DNA of 63,643 nucleotides, counting the filler, from Choristocarpus tenellus KU-1152 (Eukaryota; Protista; Phaeophyceae), in the NCBI GenBank assembly GCA_964200185.2. It is 13 parts of 13 records of this genome, joined end to end, with 100 filler letters (N's around TTAATTAATTAA, not from the genome) between each part and the next. Parts side by side here need not be neighbours in the genome. Positions count along the whole stretch, not along the records: positions 35,246 to 41,441 come from CAXNAD020008707.1; positions 41,542 to 44,167 come from CAXNAD020026166.1; positions 44,268 to 49,937 come from CAXNAD020010071.1; positions 50,038 to 59,120 come from CAXNAD020004005.1; 9 more parts are not named here. One strand, written 5' to 3'. Every line of letters begins with the position of its first letter. Position 1 is the first letter of the stretch. Positions 39,409 to 50,299 of this stretch are shown here, piece after piece. Both the position numbers and the translations under genes were made by a program. Under the pieces are notes generated by a model that was given only the letters and a program-made list of their open reading frames with translations, did not search any database and was not told the DNA's origin.

Positions 39409-39944
39409 GTATCGCTGATTGAGGTCTTCGAATCGCTTTCGAAAATCCAACAAACATCCTTGGAATGTAACTCATGCGAAAGTGGGAAATGTAGTTTGAT
39501 AGATCGAGACCTACTCTTTTGTAATAGGCAACCCAGCATAGTTTAATACAGTGTTGGCAGTCGCCTCCTGCATCAACTTTGTCATGCCATAACTTTCGAT
39601 CAACAATGGATTTTTTCATGAAAATTCGTTTGTTGTAATTTCATAATCAAGTTTAACCTTATTTGTTGGGTCTCGGTTGGTCAACTTGCAGTAATCCTGA
39701 GAAATACAGGATCACATTAAAATCAAGTCGTCCGCGCGCGGTTCACACATGGAGCCACGCGGCGCGCGCACCGTGCATTTAAGGACGATTCTTAGGCCAG
39801 AAGAAGCCATCTTCACCTGGAGAATATGCGTGTTGTTGTCTCTCCATTCTTTTTCCATTATTTCCTGTTTATGCTATGTTGTCACCTGCTGACTAAGGCT
39901 CGCTCAGGGGGCCTGGGCCTCTGAATCAGACAATCAATACCAAG

Positions 39945-40790
39945 TCAAATGAGGTATTCTGACGGTGCAGGCCTCCTGTGAGACTTAAATATCTTGTACA
40001 CCCTGTCCAATTTGGTGCACTCCATGCCTTTCTCGTTGGAATATATCAGTTGATAAGCAATACTCATCATGAAGAACCTCTCCACAATTATTCTGGACAG
40101 CCCCCCTTCCTCCTTAAGACTCGGTTCTACCACCTTGAAATCCGGCTGCTCCCCAAGAACATACGTCATGCCCATGCTCTTATTCCTGTCCTTGCCCCCG
40201 CCCTTGGTCATCCCTGGGATACACAAACTCTCAATTACAAAATATGTCTTATCCCCTAAACCTGTCCAACATACTCCTCGGGACACATGTTGAGCTGGTC
40301 GAATGGGGGTGGATCACCCTGAGCGAACGTGAGCGTCTGAATATCACAGCTTTCATGCGAGGTGTATCTGCCAACAGCCTAGTGGGTACAAGTGGCGGAA
40401 ACTTCACCCCCTTCCTCTGACCACCTTCTCCAACAATCATTCTGGAGAGAGATGCTGCACCCTCTTCGTGGCAAGAAGACCGATCAAAAAAGAACACCGG
40501 CCTGTACTTCTTCTCTAGGATCACTTCGAGCAAATCCATTACATCTGCATTGTGGTCCAACATCTTCTCGGTAGTATCCTTCTCGATTCTTACCATATTC
40601 GAGCACGTAGTAAAGCCACTACACACGGTCCTTGTCATTGTATATCATGTTGAGGTCTCAATACTTCTTCGCTCCCTCCAGATCCTACGAGTCTCCTCGA
40701 CCTGTTGTTCCGTCGCGCACAGGAAACCATCGTCAGGTGACAACTCGGAGCTCATTGGGCGCCACAGTGTCCTGTGAGGGGCTAAAACAG
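39945..40790 (-). mobile_element. IS630/Tc1-like DDE transposase pseudogene, C-terminal part with deletions
   Basis: MSSELSPDDGFL, VFFFDRSSCH, MIVGEGGQ, VLGEQPDF and YKIFKSHRR match successive motifs of the fungal/stramenopile Tc1-like clade; frameshifted. Confidence 0.75.
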
Positions 40791-40832
40791 TATTTAGCCG
40801 AGGCCCGCCGTCCACGTGCCGTTTCAGCGGTT

Positions 40833-41078
40833 ACCAATCTTGATTTTTGAAAAGGTTGTCCAACTCGTTAATCGACGATCATATCGAACAAAAGCTGTTG
40901 GTCGTGATAGTTTATTCCGAAACATTTTCAAGATTGTGCCTAAAAAATTCGGTTGAAATTTAACATTGCCAAAATGACTTGCCCACAAATTCTTTGCAGA
41001 AATCGATAGCTTAGACCAATAGCATTTATTCGTTGGTTAACTAGTTGGGCAACCTTTAAAATAAAAATCAAGATTGGT
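40833..41078. mobile_element. MITE with about 45-bp imperfect TIRs (possibly Tourist/Harbinger type)
   Basis: ACCAATCTTGATTTTT..AAAGGTTGTCCAACTCGTTAATCGACGA is mirrored by TCGTTGGTTAACTAGTTGGGCAACCTTT...AAAAATCAAGATTGGT. Confidence 0.7.
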
Positions 41079-41090
41079 CTAATCCTTCAC

Positions 41091-41147
41091 AATATATCTT
41101 AGACACATCTGCAAAATGTCAGAGGGCATAATAATAATAATATATCT
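41091..41147 (+). mobile_element. Extremely truncated LINE 3' tail (family C) with target-site duplication
   Basis: GACACATCTGCAAAATGTCAGAGGGCA(TAA)4 flanked by a direct repeat AATATATCT at 41091-41099 and 41139-41147. Confidence 0.85.
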
Positions 41148-41187
41148 AACCAACACTACATGGTGTAGATGTAATTTTTCTATTTTT

Positions 41188-41441
41188 TTATTATGCCCTC
41201 TGACATTTTGCAGATGTGTCAGGGGGGAAACCAATAAAAACTATACATATGTCGTTATTTTCCCTAAAGAAATATAATATCCTAAATATAAGAACGCTAT
41301 AAAACATTGTGTGGAAACCACTAATCTATCAGTTATTTCACCACTATCAAATATTGTACTACTGTCTTCCTTTGCTTCCCATCTACCTACTCCTGTGCCT
41401 CGGGGGGGGAGCTAGGAAGGCATCCCAAGAATCCAACAGAC
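41188..41441 (-). mobile_element. LINE 3' end (family C), cut by contig end
   Basis: Homologous to 25811-26070. Confidence 0.8.
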
Positions 41442-41541
41442 NNNNNNNNNNNNNNNNNNNNNNNNNNNNNNNNNNNNNNNNNNNNTTAATTAATTAANNN
41501 NNNNNNNNNNNNNNNNNNNNNNNNNNNNNNNNNNNNNNNNN

Positions 41542-41561
41542 CCCCCCAGATACTTTGACCC
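41542..41561. mobile_element. MITE family B terminus at contig start
   Basis: CCCCCCAGATACTTTGACCC. Confidence 0.7.
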
Positions 41562-42129
41562 CATAACACGACATCAAATAAAATAAAGTACATGTTTTAT
41601 ATTCAAGTATCCCTCGTAACATGGAGATCATGCAGTTCTAAATAAGTGATGCAAAAAAAGATCGAACAGGTGTTAAAACCTGCCTCTTACACATCTGAGA
41701 GCGAACAAATTGTTGGTGGGTACTGCCCTGGGGTTGCATACGCTCACAGACATCTACTCTCATGCTCCTCCTAATCATAAAAGAAAACATAGAGAGGCCT
41801 GCCCTCTTCATGCTCCTTTGTCCAACACAGGTTACCTAAACATCTGCCTCCCGCAGCCCTTTAAACTCTCCACAAACTTGAAGGAGTGTTGTTTAACGCA
41901 CTCTCCACCCACATCTCTTGATACTTACTTGGGTTCACTTGTACCCCCAAACACACTTTCTCAACCCCACCCCAACTTTCAATGCATTGACCACATTTCA
42001 ACCTTCAGCTGGTGCCCTTCGTTCCTTTCTATGCTATGTCAGATGTATCCCAATTGTATCACAATATACCCAAAGGGCTGACAAGGGTACACTGCTACTG
42101 CATAGGCATGATAGGCATGGAAGGCTCAC

Positions 42130-43406
42130 CTTGGGGACCTCTGCCAAGCAGCGAACATAGGTGTCCTCATTGAAGAGCACCTGGTTGGCAACCTTCTCCC
42201 TCACCTTTCCCTTAGACCACTTCTGCTCAAGGAAAAACAGAGGTTGTGCGAGTGTGAGCGCTTGTGTGTTGGGAGTGCAAAAGGAGTCAGACGTAGCAAG
42301 TGCAGATATTGTTTTGAACAACGATAAGAAGAAAGAGAGGAGTAATTTTATCCTGAAGGTAGTTAGAGCAGAGGCATGGTGTCAGCAGAGTAGGTCATGA
42401 GTGGTGCTGCAGGGGAAAAGTGCCCCACTAAACCTAACGCAGATGATACCTACGGGATCGTAGATTAGAAAGACCAAGTTGACTTTGTCAATTTTCCTTA
42501 GGCTTGGCCTGCCTTTTAAAGGCATCATTTCTTTCATTCGGCAGGCATTAGAAATTTAACACCCAACTCTAATGCTTCTTACGATCAAAGTTTCCAGAAT
42601 GCTCGGAAAGGAGACTGGATAGCCAAGACAGCCAAGACCCAACAAGCTGCCAACCTTGCGTCACAACGTTTTACTTTAAGAATTGTGTTGATATAGAGTC
42701 TGAATTGGAATGAGACCAACCGCAGGGAGATATATTGATCTGACCTTTTTGCGGCCCTTGCCACCGGCCATGGCGGCGGCCATCTTTTGCTCCTTCGACT
42801 TCTGCTGCGTTTTGGGCGGCTGCAGTGCAAAACGTGGGGGTGATGAGAAGGCTTCGGGATGAGAAGGCATGCATCGACAAGTGTGCAGCATGAATCAGAA
42901 AAGTTGACTAGCTGGGGGCCTAGACCAGCATTGCAGTCTGCAAAGGACCACAATAACAACCGGGACCCAAAAATCACACTACCGAATCTCATGTTGACAG
43001 CCATGAAAAATTCATTAAGACAGGGGAAACTTGATGGGATTTTGGAATAGATCTGTGCTAGAAAACCTTTCTTCGCCACAATCCCCTCGCCCTTTACAAG
43101 TGATTAATGCTTCCAAGGCTTTGCGACTGCTTTGTCCTCCGCTCAAACCAAAGATAGCCAACTACACAACATATTGACGCACACCAGTGTCCAAATCCAC
43201 TGGTCCATGGGTATTCCATGCCTATAGCATGTTCGTATGACCAACAAAGAAACTGCATCAACCGCTCCTCAGCTCTCCCTCGTTGCGTTCTCCCTCTTGC
43301 AACTTCGTCCTTGTGTCCTTGTGCAACTCACTAGGCACACCCCATCCTCATAGACCACAAAACAGGGATAAAACAAGGGGAGGAATGAGACTTGCGCACT
43401 CACCAT
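42130..43406 (-). CDS. RPS25: 40S ribosomal protein S25 (eS25), first three exons
   Basis: ATG|GTGAGT at 43404-43406, exon 42745-42819 (PPKTQQKSKEQKMAAAMAGGKGRKK) and exon 42130-42222 (KWSKGKVREKVANQVLFNEDTYVRCLAEVPK). All phase 0; the remaining exon(s) were not found in this contig. Confidence 0.95.
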
Positions 43407-43794
43407 GGTTGCGGGTGCGGATTGTCACCGACTAAAGATAGGTGGGGGGAAGGTCCAGCGAGTGCCTCGCTGTGTGTCCTTCTCCTAGCCACAGCCACGA
43501 CAAAAACTAACACCACCCAGAAGATGTGTAAATGTTAATATATTAACGATAAGTTAATATGATACACAAGACGCCTCCCTTATTCCAGTAACCGTTCAAG
43601 ACACGTTCAATACATGATGCGAGTTGGTAGAGATGGACCAACAACAGGGAACCAAGGCGAGGATCCATGCTGGGATACTACAGCCATGAGAAGTGATCAA
43701 CAAGGTTGTACGGATTAGAGTATCTGATAAGCTCTACTAAGCCCAACTAGCGTGAGCATCCTAGGCTACCGAGACGCCTGAGGTTGAGGCAAAC
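43407..43794. promoter_or_regulatory. Putative bidirectional promoter / 5' UTR region between RPS25 and BBS9
   Basis: Only 388 bp separate the divergent start codons. Confidence 0.6.
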
Positions 43795-44045
43795 ATGTCC
43801 TTGTTTCAGGCGAGGGAGTGGTGGTCCGTCAAGCTCGGTCATAGGGAAGAGTTTGACAGGGGATCTATGACCCTTGGTAACGTGGACAATGATCCAGGGG
43901 GAGAGGCCAAGGTTGTGACTGGTAGCTTTCAAGGTGTACTGCGCGTGCATCATCCAAAGCAATCAGAATTTCGGATCGAGAATCTTCTCCTCGAGGAGAA
44001 CTTAGGAGCTCCAATATTACAGGTCTCCATCGGGCGATTCATACC
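43795..44045 (+). CDS. BBS9: Bardet-Biedl syndrome 9 / PTHB1 (BBSome subunit), first coding exon
   Basis: MSLFQAREWWSVKLGHREEFDRGSMTLGNVDN...KVVTGSFQGVLRVHHP...LLLEENLGAPILQVSIGRF is the diagnostic PTHB1 N-terminus; GTAAGT donor at 44046. Confidence 0.95.
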
Positions 44046-44111
44046 GTAAGTTGAGAGTCTGTACTAGTTTCTAGGTTTATCTCTTACTCCCTTTTTGGTT
44101 ACTCTCTATAT

Positions 44112-44167
44112 GACTCAAAGTATCTGGGAGGGGGTGGCGGCTGTCCATTTGGGGTCAATTTTTTCAT
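44112..44167. mobile_element. MITE family B terminus, cut by contig end (in BBS9 intron 1)
   Basis: GACTCAAAGTATCTGGGAGGGG.TGGCGGCTGTCCATTTGGGGTCAATTTTTTCAT. Confidence 0.8.
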
Positions 44168-44267
44168 NNNNNNNNNNNNNNNNNNNNNNNNNNNNNNNNN
44201 NNNNNNNNNNNTTAATTAATTAANNNNNNNNNNNNNNNNNNNNNNNNNNNNNNNNNNNNNNNNNNNN

Positions 44268-44320
44268 CCCACAAATGGACAAACAGGGAAAAATTCGTAC
44301 CCTCTAAGATAGTTTCACTC
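44268..44320 (+). mobile_element. MITE family A right end at contig start
   Basis: ...CGTACCCTCTAAGATAGTTTCACTC. Confidence 0.8.
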
Positions 44321-45444
44321 AGCATCCCAAGAAGGTTAGGACATCAGGTCATTCCGAAGGACAGATGAGGTGCCCACTAGTTCCATCAGCAAAAAATCAA
44401 CACACCCATAAAACAGGAACAAGATGAAAGTGATGCTTGTCACCTTCTCCGAAAGGCAGAGACAAGACATCAATACCTCAACTGTCATAAAATGGTGTTA
44501 ATGTATGTTTGCTAGATGCATCCAATCCAATAAAAGTAGAGGTCATTAACTACTTAGTCCTCCGCCATTCACCGCTACAAAACTTGATCTCTAAGGGACC
44601 ACAAATCAGATACCAAAACACAAAACTAACCTGACGATTCAGTAAGGAAACGTTTGTTGAGGGGGTTAATGTGCAGTAGATCAAAGAATTGGCACTGTGG
44701 TTCTGAATCAAACACCAATCACTACTGGCAGTCCCACACAAGTCAATGAACCTACCTCAGTACCTCCACATGATAACCGTAACACAAAGCCAACAAATAT
44801 GACCCACAGGGTGGAGCGTCTTGAAAATCGGGTTTAAAGTCATAGTCTCTCCCAGTCAACAAAACAAAGCGCAGGAGACCATGCTCACACAACCATAGGG
44901 CTTCAAAGGACACCTCTACAAAAACCCTTGCCATTCTAACCTTCCCTCTTTCCTCTACTAGTAACAATCTCTTAGGGGCTCTCTGGACACTCACCGTCAG
45001 TCCCTCCTGCTCCGCAATGTAGGTGTAAACCAGACCCAGCGTGAGATCCCTGGTGGTACTAGCCCTCAAAACCTCTACATACTTCTCGAAGTTCTGGTTT
45101 CACACCAACAACCATATACCCCCCCGTCCCCCGTCCCCGCTCCCGCCCCCATGCAGAGCCCATGCGGTGTTCATGAAGCAAGAGAGCAAGAGCAGGTGAA
45201 AAAAAGAGGGTCAAAAATGAAGAAATAAATATGTCGATATTTTTTAATAGCTAACCCTAACCCTAACCCTAACAACACCGTTCCAGTCATCCTTTAATAG
45301 TGGTGGTATGTATGGACATTTTTTTTACATGCAAGTTGATGTATAGTCAATGAACTTAATTTCACATCCTCCTTGCTTGTCGCATGCATCTAAAATATTT
45401 CCCACCGCCTGTTGAAGAAATAAAGAACACCAGTCGATGCCAAT

Positions 45445-45703
45445 GAGTCAAAGTATCTTAGAGGGTAGAGCCTTGTCCATTTGGGGGCCAATATCCAATG
45501 TTGCGATTTTGATGTAATTTTGGCTAATGTGTTTGTTAGGAAGTGTCAATATCCATATTCCGGACACACCTTTTCATAACATATACACTTTACCTACTTC
45601 TAAACATTTTCGAGTAGGAAAATGCCATAAAAGAGCCCATGGGAAGCCAAGCCCCAAATGGACAAACAGGGCAAAATTCTTACCCTCTAAGATACTTTCA
45701 CTC
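45445..45703 (+). mobile_element. MITE family A, full copy
   Basis: Both TIRs intact; perfect 4-bp TSD CAAT/CAAT. Confidence 0.93.
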
Positions 45704-47206
45704 CAATACGAACACCATACAAACATAAATAACAAAAGCATATACTATGACAAAACTCTACTCATGAAAAAGCATCAACAAAGTAACCACGCCGCAAAAT
45801 ATTTACAAAACCTGAGAGGTGCACCTTACACAGCACAACAGGTCATACCTGCAAATCGGAGCATGGGAAAACACTCCAGTCACTCTAAGATAAAATCAAT
45901 AACCGACCGTTACACTAGAATTCAAGACAAAATCTTACATCCAACAAAGCAAACCCAACACCAACCAATAACTCACAACTCATACCCAAACAAAACCAAA
46001 GCAATTTCCAATACAAGAGTGCCTATCACATGGCAATCCAGAATATATTTTTTTAAGTTCCTCAGGAGTAAAACAAATCAACAGTATACACACCAGTCCA
46101 AAATAAAAAATATTCCTCAGGCGTGAAATTAAAATGAAGTAGGATAGTACACCCCCCCCCCCTGAAAGAACGAGCGCCTCCCTCACCTCCTTGTTGACCG
46201 TGCTGCTGATCTTTGAGTCCACGCAGGGAGGTCATTTCCGCCGACTCTGTAGTCTTTCTCTTCAATCGGGAATAAGGCCATTTCAGGAGGATTCGAGGAC
46301 GAGCTTGCACGCTGCTGCGTATTGTGGAAGACAAAGACGGCGATTCATGAATGTTCGTGATTTGGAGGTTATATCGTCCGAAGAAGGTGGTGCAAAAACG
46401 ACAACCTTATTGTGGCAAAAGGTTGAACGCACTACCGATGCAATACTTACCTGTAAGGCCCATAGTTATCTACGCGACGTAATTGGGTGCCGCATTAGGT
46501 AGGTTAGGACTAGGGAATAAAAAAAATAGTATTTTCTGCGTGCCGGTAACTAAACTCTGCCATTCGTTCTTCACAAAATACGTAAGTTAGCGCATTCTAT
46601 ACCACATTCACCTCGACCTGGTAGCTGAAGTCCGTCGCCACCATCTTCGCAACGAAAAAAAATGGTCGCATCATCACGTCCCATTGCCTTTCCCTCAGGA
46701 TTGACGGCCTCATTAAAAAATCGCGTAGTCTCTGTTGGGACGAGGGTCTACCCCAAGGCTTCCGGCAGGCAGGAAGGGCCTATCACGCGTTCTCAAACAA
46801 GAGACGTGGATACCTGGAACATCATTTGCGTACATGTGACAGCCTAACAATGTGGCAGTGAAGTGGGTTAGCCATGCGATTTGAATTTGTCACATATGTA
46901 TGGGTTATTCTGGCGTTGGTTAAAGATGTTGTGGTGTACTGCAACACGTTTGTTTTTTGTTCGTGCCGTGAAGGAGGACATTATGAAGTACCGACAATCA
47001 CACCAAAGTCTTGGGGACTTGCGATTTCCAGCGGTGGTGGGGGTGACTGCGTGCACCCTGTTAGCAACGTGTAAACATCAACAAGGAAACATCACTAGTA
47101 CAATTGTACGCCCGAGACCTATCCATAGGGAACGAAGAACAGACAACAAGTTGGAAAGCAATGGAAAAAAAAAAGCCAGCACACCCTTCTTACCTTCTAC
47201 TTGCCG

Positions 47207-47375
47207 TCATTGTAGGCTTTGGCCGAAGGACATGTCCATCTTCTCTTTCACCTCGTCCTTTGACGCCGCGTTGGACACGAACACCTCCACCCTCCTGCTC
47301 CGTTCAAGGGCCGCCTCCATCACGTTGTGCCTCTCTGCACTGTAGGAGACGACGGTGTCCCCAGCATTCGTGTAC
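47207..47375 (-). pseudogene. Last exon of the repeated gene: C-terminus of a beta-class DNA-methyltransferase-like fold
   Basis: AG acceptor, then RYTNAGDTVVSYSAERHNVMEAALERSRRVEVFVSN, which parallels the YTNPGDTVLDPFAGSGTT..AA...GR..IG.E region but has lost FxGxG. Confidence 0.6.
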
Positions 47376-47670
47376 CTATCATAGGAGGGCAGTTCGTCAT
47401 TTATCCCTATGGAGTATATTGTATTGCGCACGGATTCATCGTGTCGCAATGTATGAGTAACGTTCGGATACAGGGCAACACACTCTTGGTGCGGTTTGAC
47501 GCTTAACATAACGATTCGGGCAACAAACTGGGATGGATTGACGTCCCTGAACCGTCACCCAGCTCGGACAATTACTGTTTAACGATCTCTAAAACACTCA
47601 ACTTATTTATTGCTTAGTTGATCAGAACGGTCAGGGGATTATGAAAAAATGAAAACACTCCATCACCCAC

Positions 47671-48129
47671 CGTTGGCAATTAGTCTCACTTCTGCTTGAT
47701 TGAATTCCATGTAGGTCCGCATGGTGAAAGCGCATTCGGGATCAACCTCTCTCTTCAGCACCGTTACTCTATGGTTTCCGTCCAGTACGCGCCCTTCAAT
47801 GGCAAGCGCAGTCTCGGCGTCGAGCTGATCGACATTGTCTAAACAGTCTCTCTGGATGACAACACTTGGAGCAAACTGTTCCAGCCAGCCTTTCTCCTTT
47901 ATAGACTTGCTCACTCGCGCAAGGCCACGCTCACTTGCGCAAGGCCACGCTCACTTAATGGACGCACCACCTCTGTGCATGTGATGTTTGTGATTTTCAT
48001 CTTGCACAGACCTAGGTAGTGATGTTCTAGGAGCTTGGCCATGCCCTTGTGATTGCTGTCCAACGTTCTCGCTCTATGGGCAGCGTCATCGGCGAGCGGG
48101 TGGGTTGTTGTGGAGGGAATGTTGGACAT
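47671..48129 (-). pseudogene. First exon encoding a ParB/Sulfiredoxin-like N-terminal domain, frameshifted
   Basis: VRPLSERGLARVSKSIKEKGW...PSVV...VLDGNHRVTVLK...RLIANG|GT. A 20-bp tandem duplication (GCGCAAGGCCACGCTCACTT at 47917-47956) breaks the frame; removing one unit restores it. Confidence 0.75.
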
Positions 48130-48476
48130 GGCGAAGATTGGGAGGGTGTGATGGGGATGAACAATTAAGAGGTCTGTGTGGTATCTATGGAAAGGAATGA
48201 ATTGAAATGAGGACTGAGGGATGGGAGGTGCATTTTTATTTCATCTGGTATGTAGATCCTCAAAACTCAGAATTCTCAAAAAAAAATTGAGGATTCTCCT
48301 TTAAAAAATATGAATATCAAACAGTGTACGATTTATTATTGCACCGAGAGAGAGAGTACCTGTGTTTTTTGTGACCTCTTCGTTTCGTATGTTTTAAACG
48401 TATTAGATCAATGAAGGATGTGGTTTGTATCTGTATTTATTGATGTAAAGACTACAATATCATTCTAATTTTGTAA

Positions 48477-48846
48477 AAACCCTAGAGACCACGTTTCGCG
48501 CGTTCAACAGTATTCGCGGTCCGCGCGGATCACGAATACTATTGAACGCGCGAAACGTGGTCTCTAGAGTTTATTCAAGTACTAAAGAATACTAAAGATG
48601 TCAAAAAAGTGGATTTAGTATTTAAGTAAATAGTGAGTACCAGCTGGAAATGTCCTTTTAGTTTCTGAAAATTGGAAACGTGTGAGACCCATAAAGTGCG
48701 TTCTTGGTATTTTAAAAAACCCTAAGAACGGTTATAACCGGTTTTAGGGTTTATTTCTAAAACTGTGTAAAGTGGTTCTTAGAGTATTCGCGATCCGCGC
48801 GGACCGCGAAAACTCTTGAACGCGTCAAGCGTGGTCTCTAGGGTTT
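48477..48846. repeat. Nested-palindrome element with about 65-bp terminal inverted repeats
   Basis: 48482-48567 is a near-perfect 86-bp palindrome; 48781-48846 is an inverted copy of its first about 65 bp; an internal 36-bp palindrome lies at 48717-48752. Confidence 0.85.
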
Positions 48847-48931
48847 ATGAAATCCATATGTCCGATTTGGTAAGATTTTGTGCTACAGATATATAGAGAG
48901 GGTTAGAGTTGTTTTTGACGTTCTGGTTACT

Positions 48932-49397
48932 GAACGTTGGAAACATACAATGTCATTTGAGTATGTGATTGGTATCTAAAAAAATACAGATAACTGATAT
49001 TATTGGATTTTTTTATAAATAGAAATCACGGATATGATCTGACATACATCTTCCAAAAAATGTAATGCATGGATTTTCAGGATCGGTGGGATCTCAGGGT
49101 GGCCCCACCGATCGCCCGAGGATCAAACAAAGTTGATTTCAGAACATTGGAAATGTACAATATCAATTAAGTATGTGATTGGTATCTAAAAAAATACAAA
49201 TCACTGATATTACTGGATTTTTTTATAAATAGAAATCACGGATACAATCTGACATACAACTTCCAAAAAATGTAATGCATGGATTTTCAGGATCGGTGGG
49301 ATCTCAGGGTGGCCCCACCGATCGCCCGAGGATCAAACAAAGTTGATTTCGGAACATTGGAAATGTACAATATCAATCAAGTATGTGATTGGTATCT
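48932..49397. repeat. 210-bp tandem repeat, about 2.2 units
   Basis: Units start at 48932, 49142 and 49352; each full unit has the hairpin GATCGGTGGG-N13-CCCACCGATC. Confidence 0.92.
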
Positions 49398-49405
49398 TAA
49401 AATAT

Positions 49406-49669
49406 GCGTGAAAGTATCTTAGAGGGTATGAGATTTGCCCTGTTTGTCCATTATTTGGGGCTTGACTTCACATGGGCTTCTTATAACATTTTCCTTGTCC
49501 AAAATGTTTTGGAGTAGGTAAAATGTATATGTTATTAAAATGTGTGTCCAGAACATCGATATTGACACCTCCTAACACACACAGTAGTAGCCGAAATTAC
49601 ATCAAAATTGCAACATTGAACTTTGGCCCCCAAATGGACGCGGCTCTACCCTCTAAGACGCTTTGGCTC
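49406..49669 (-). mobile_element. MITE family A, full copy
   Basis: GCGTGAAAGTATCTTAGAGGGTA ... TACCCTCTAAGACGCTTTGGCTC; no TSD match. Confidence 0.88.
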
Positions 49670-49914
49670 AGGTGGCCATCATCCTCATGCGGAAATACCC
49701 TAGCCCTTTCCCCATCAGCCATCACATAAAGCCAGGTTTCAGTCCCATGCATCATGTTCGCCATGGAGGCGTACACACTACGTTTCCGGTCCACTTGATC
49801 GCAAACAAAGTTCATTCCCCATACCTTTTGCCACGATTTATGCTTGAGTTTGATCCAGCAGCGATTCAGCATGGCTCCAATATCATCCAACCACCTGGTT
49901 ATGGTGCTTGTGTT

Positions 49915-49937
49915 GGACCCAAAGTATCTGCAGGGGG
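49915..49937. mobile_element. MITE family B-type terminus at contig end
   Basis: GGACCCAAAGTATCTGCAGGGGG. Confidence 0.55.
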
Positions 49938-50299
49938 NNNNNNNNNNNNNNNNNNNNNNNNNNNNNNNNNNNNNNNNNNNNTTAATTAATTAANNNNNNN
50001 NNNNNNNNNNNNNNNNNNNNNNNNNNNNNNNNNNNNNGTGGTGAACTTCAAAGTCCATTTCTTTTTCTCATGACCCCCCCCCCGCCACTACCTAGAACAG
50101 AGATAAAAGAGCTTTTACTCTCATGAATCTATCGCACACTTCTAAATGTGGTTAATTGTGCGTTCAAGCCCCTCCACACCCCTGGGTTGTAGCCCTCAGA
50201 TTTTTTTTGTCAGAAGTGACTTGGAGTCGTCCTCCCTAGAAGCATTGCAATTGTTTTGGTTTCAAGTCTTCTCGCAACTCTGCTTCCCTACCTTTTCAG

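Noticed and set aside
45527-46126. 199-aa ORF and similar ORFs beginning MCLLGSVNI (also 5411-5734)
   Set aside because: They start inside non-coding MITE family A copies and run into AC-rich intron-like DNA.
44752-46650. Minus-strand exon-like segments with good donors
   Set aside because: Could not be joined into a stop-free, phase-consistent model or assigned to a family.
48932-49397. CRISPR-like array (repeat containing a hairpin)
   Set aside because: The whole 210-bp units are near-identical, there are no unique spacers, and no cas genes are present.
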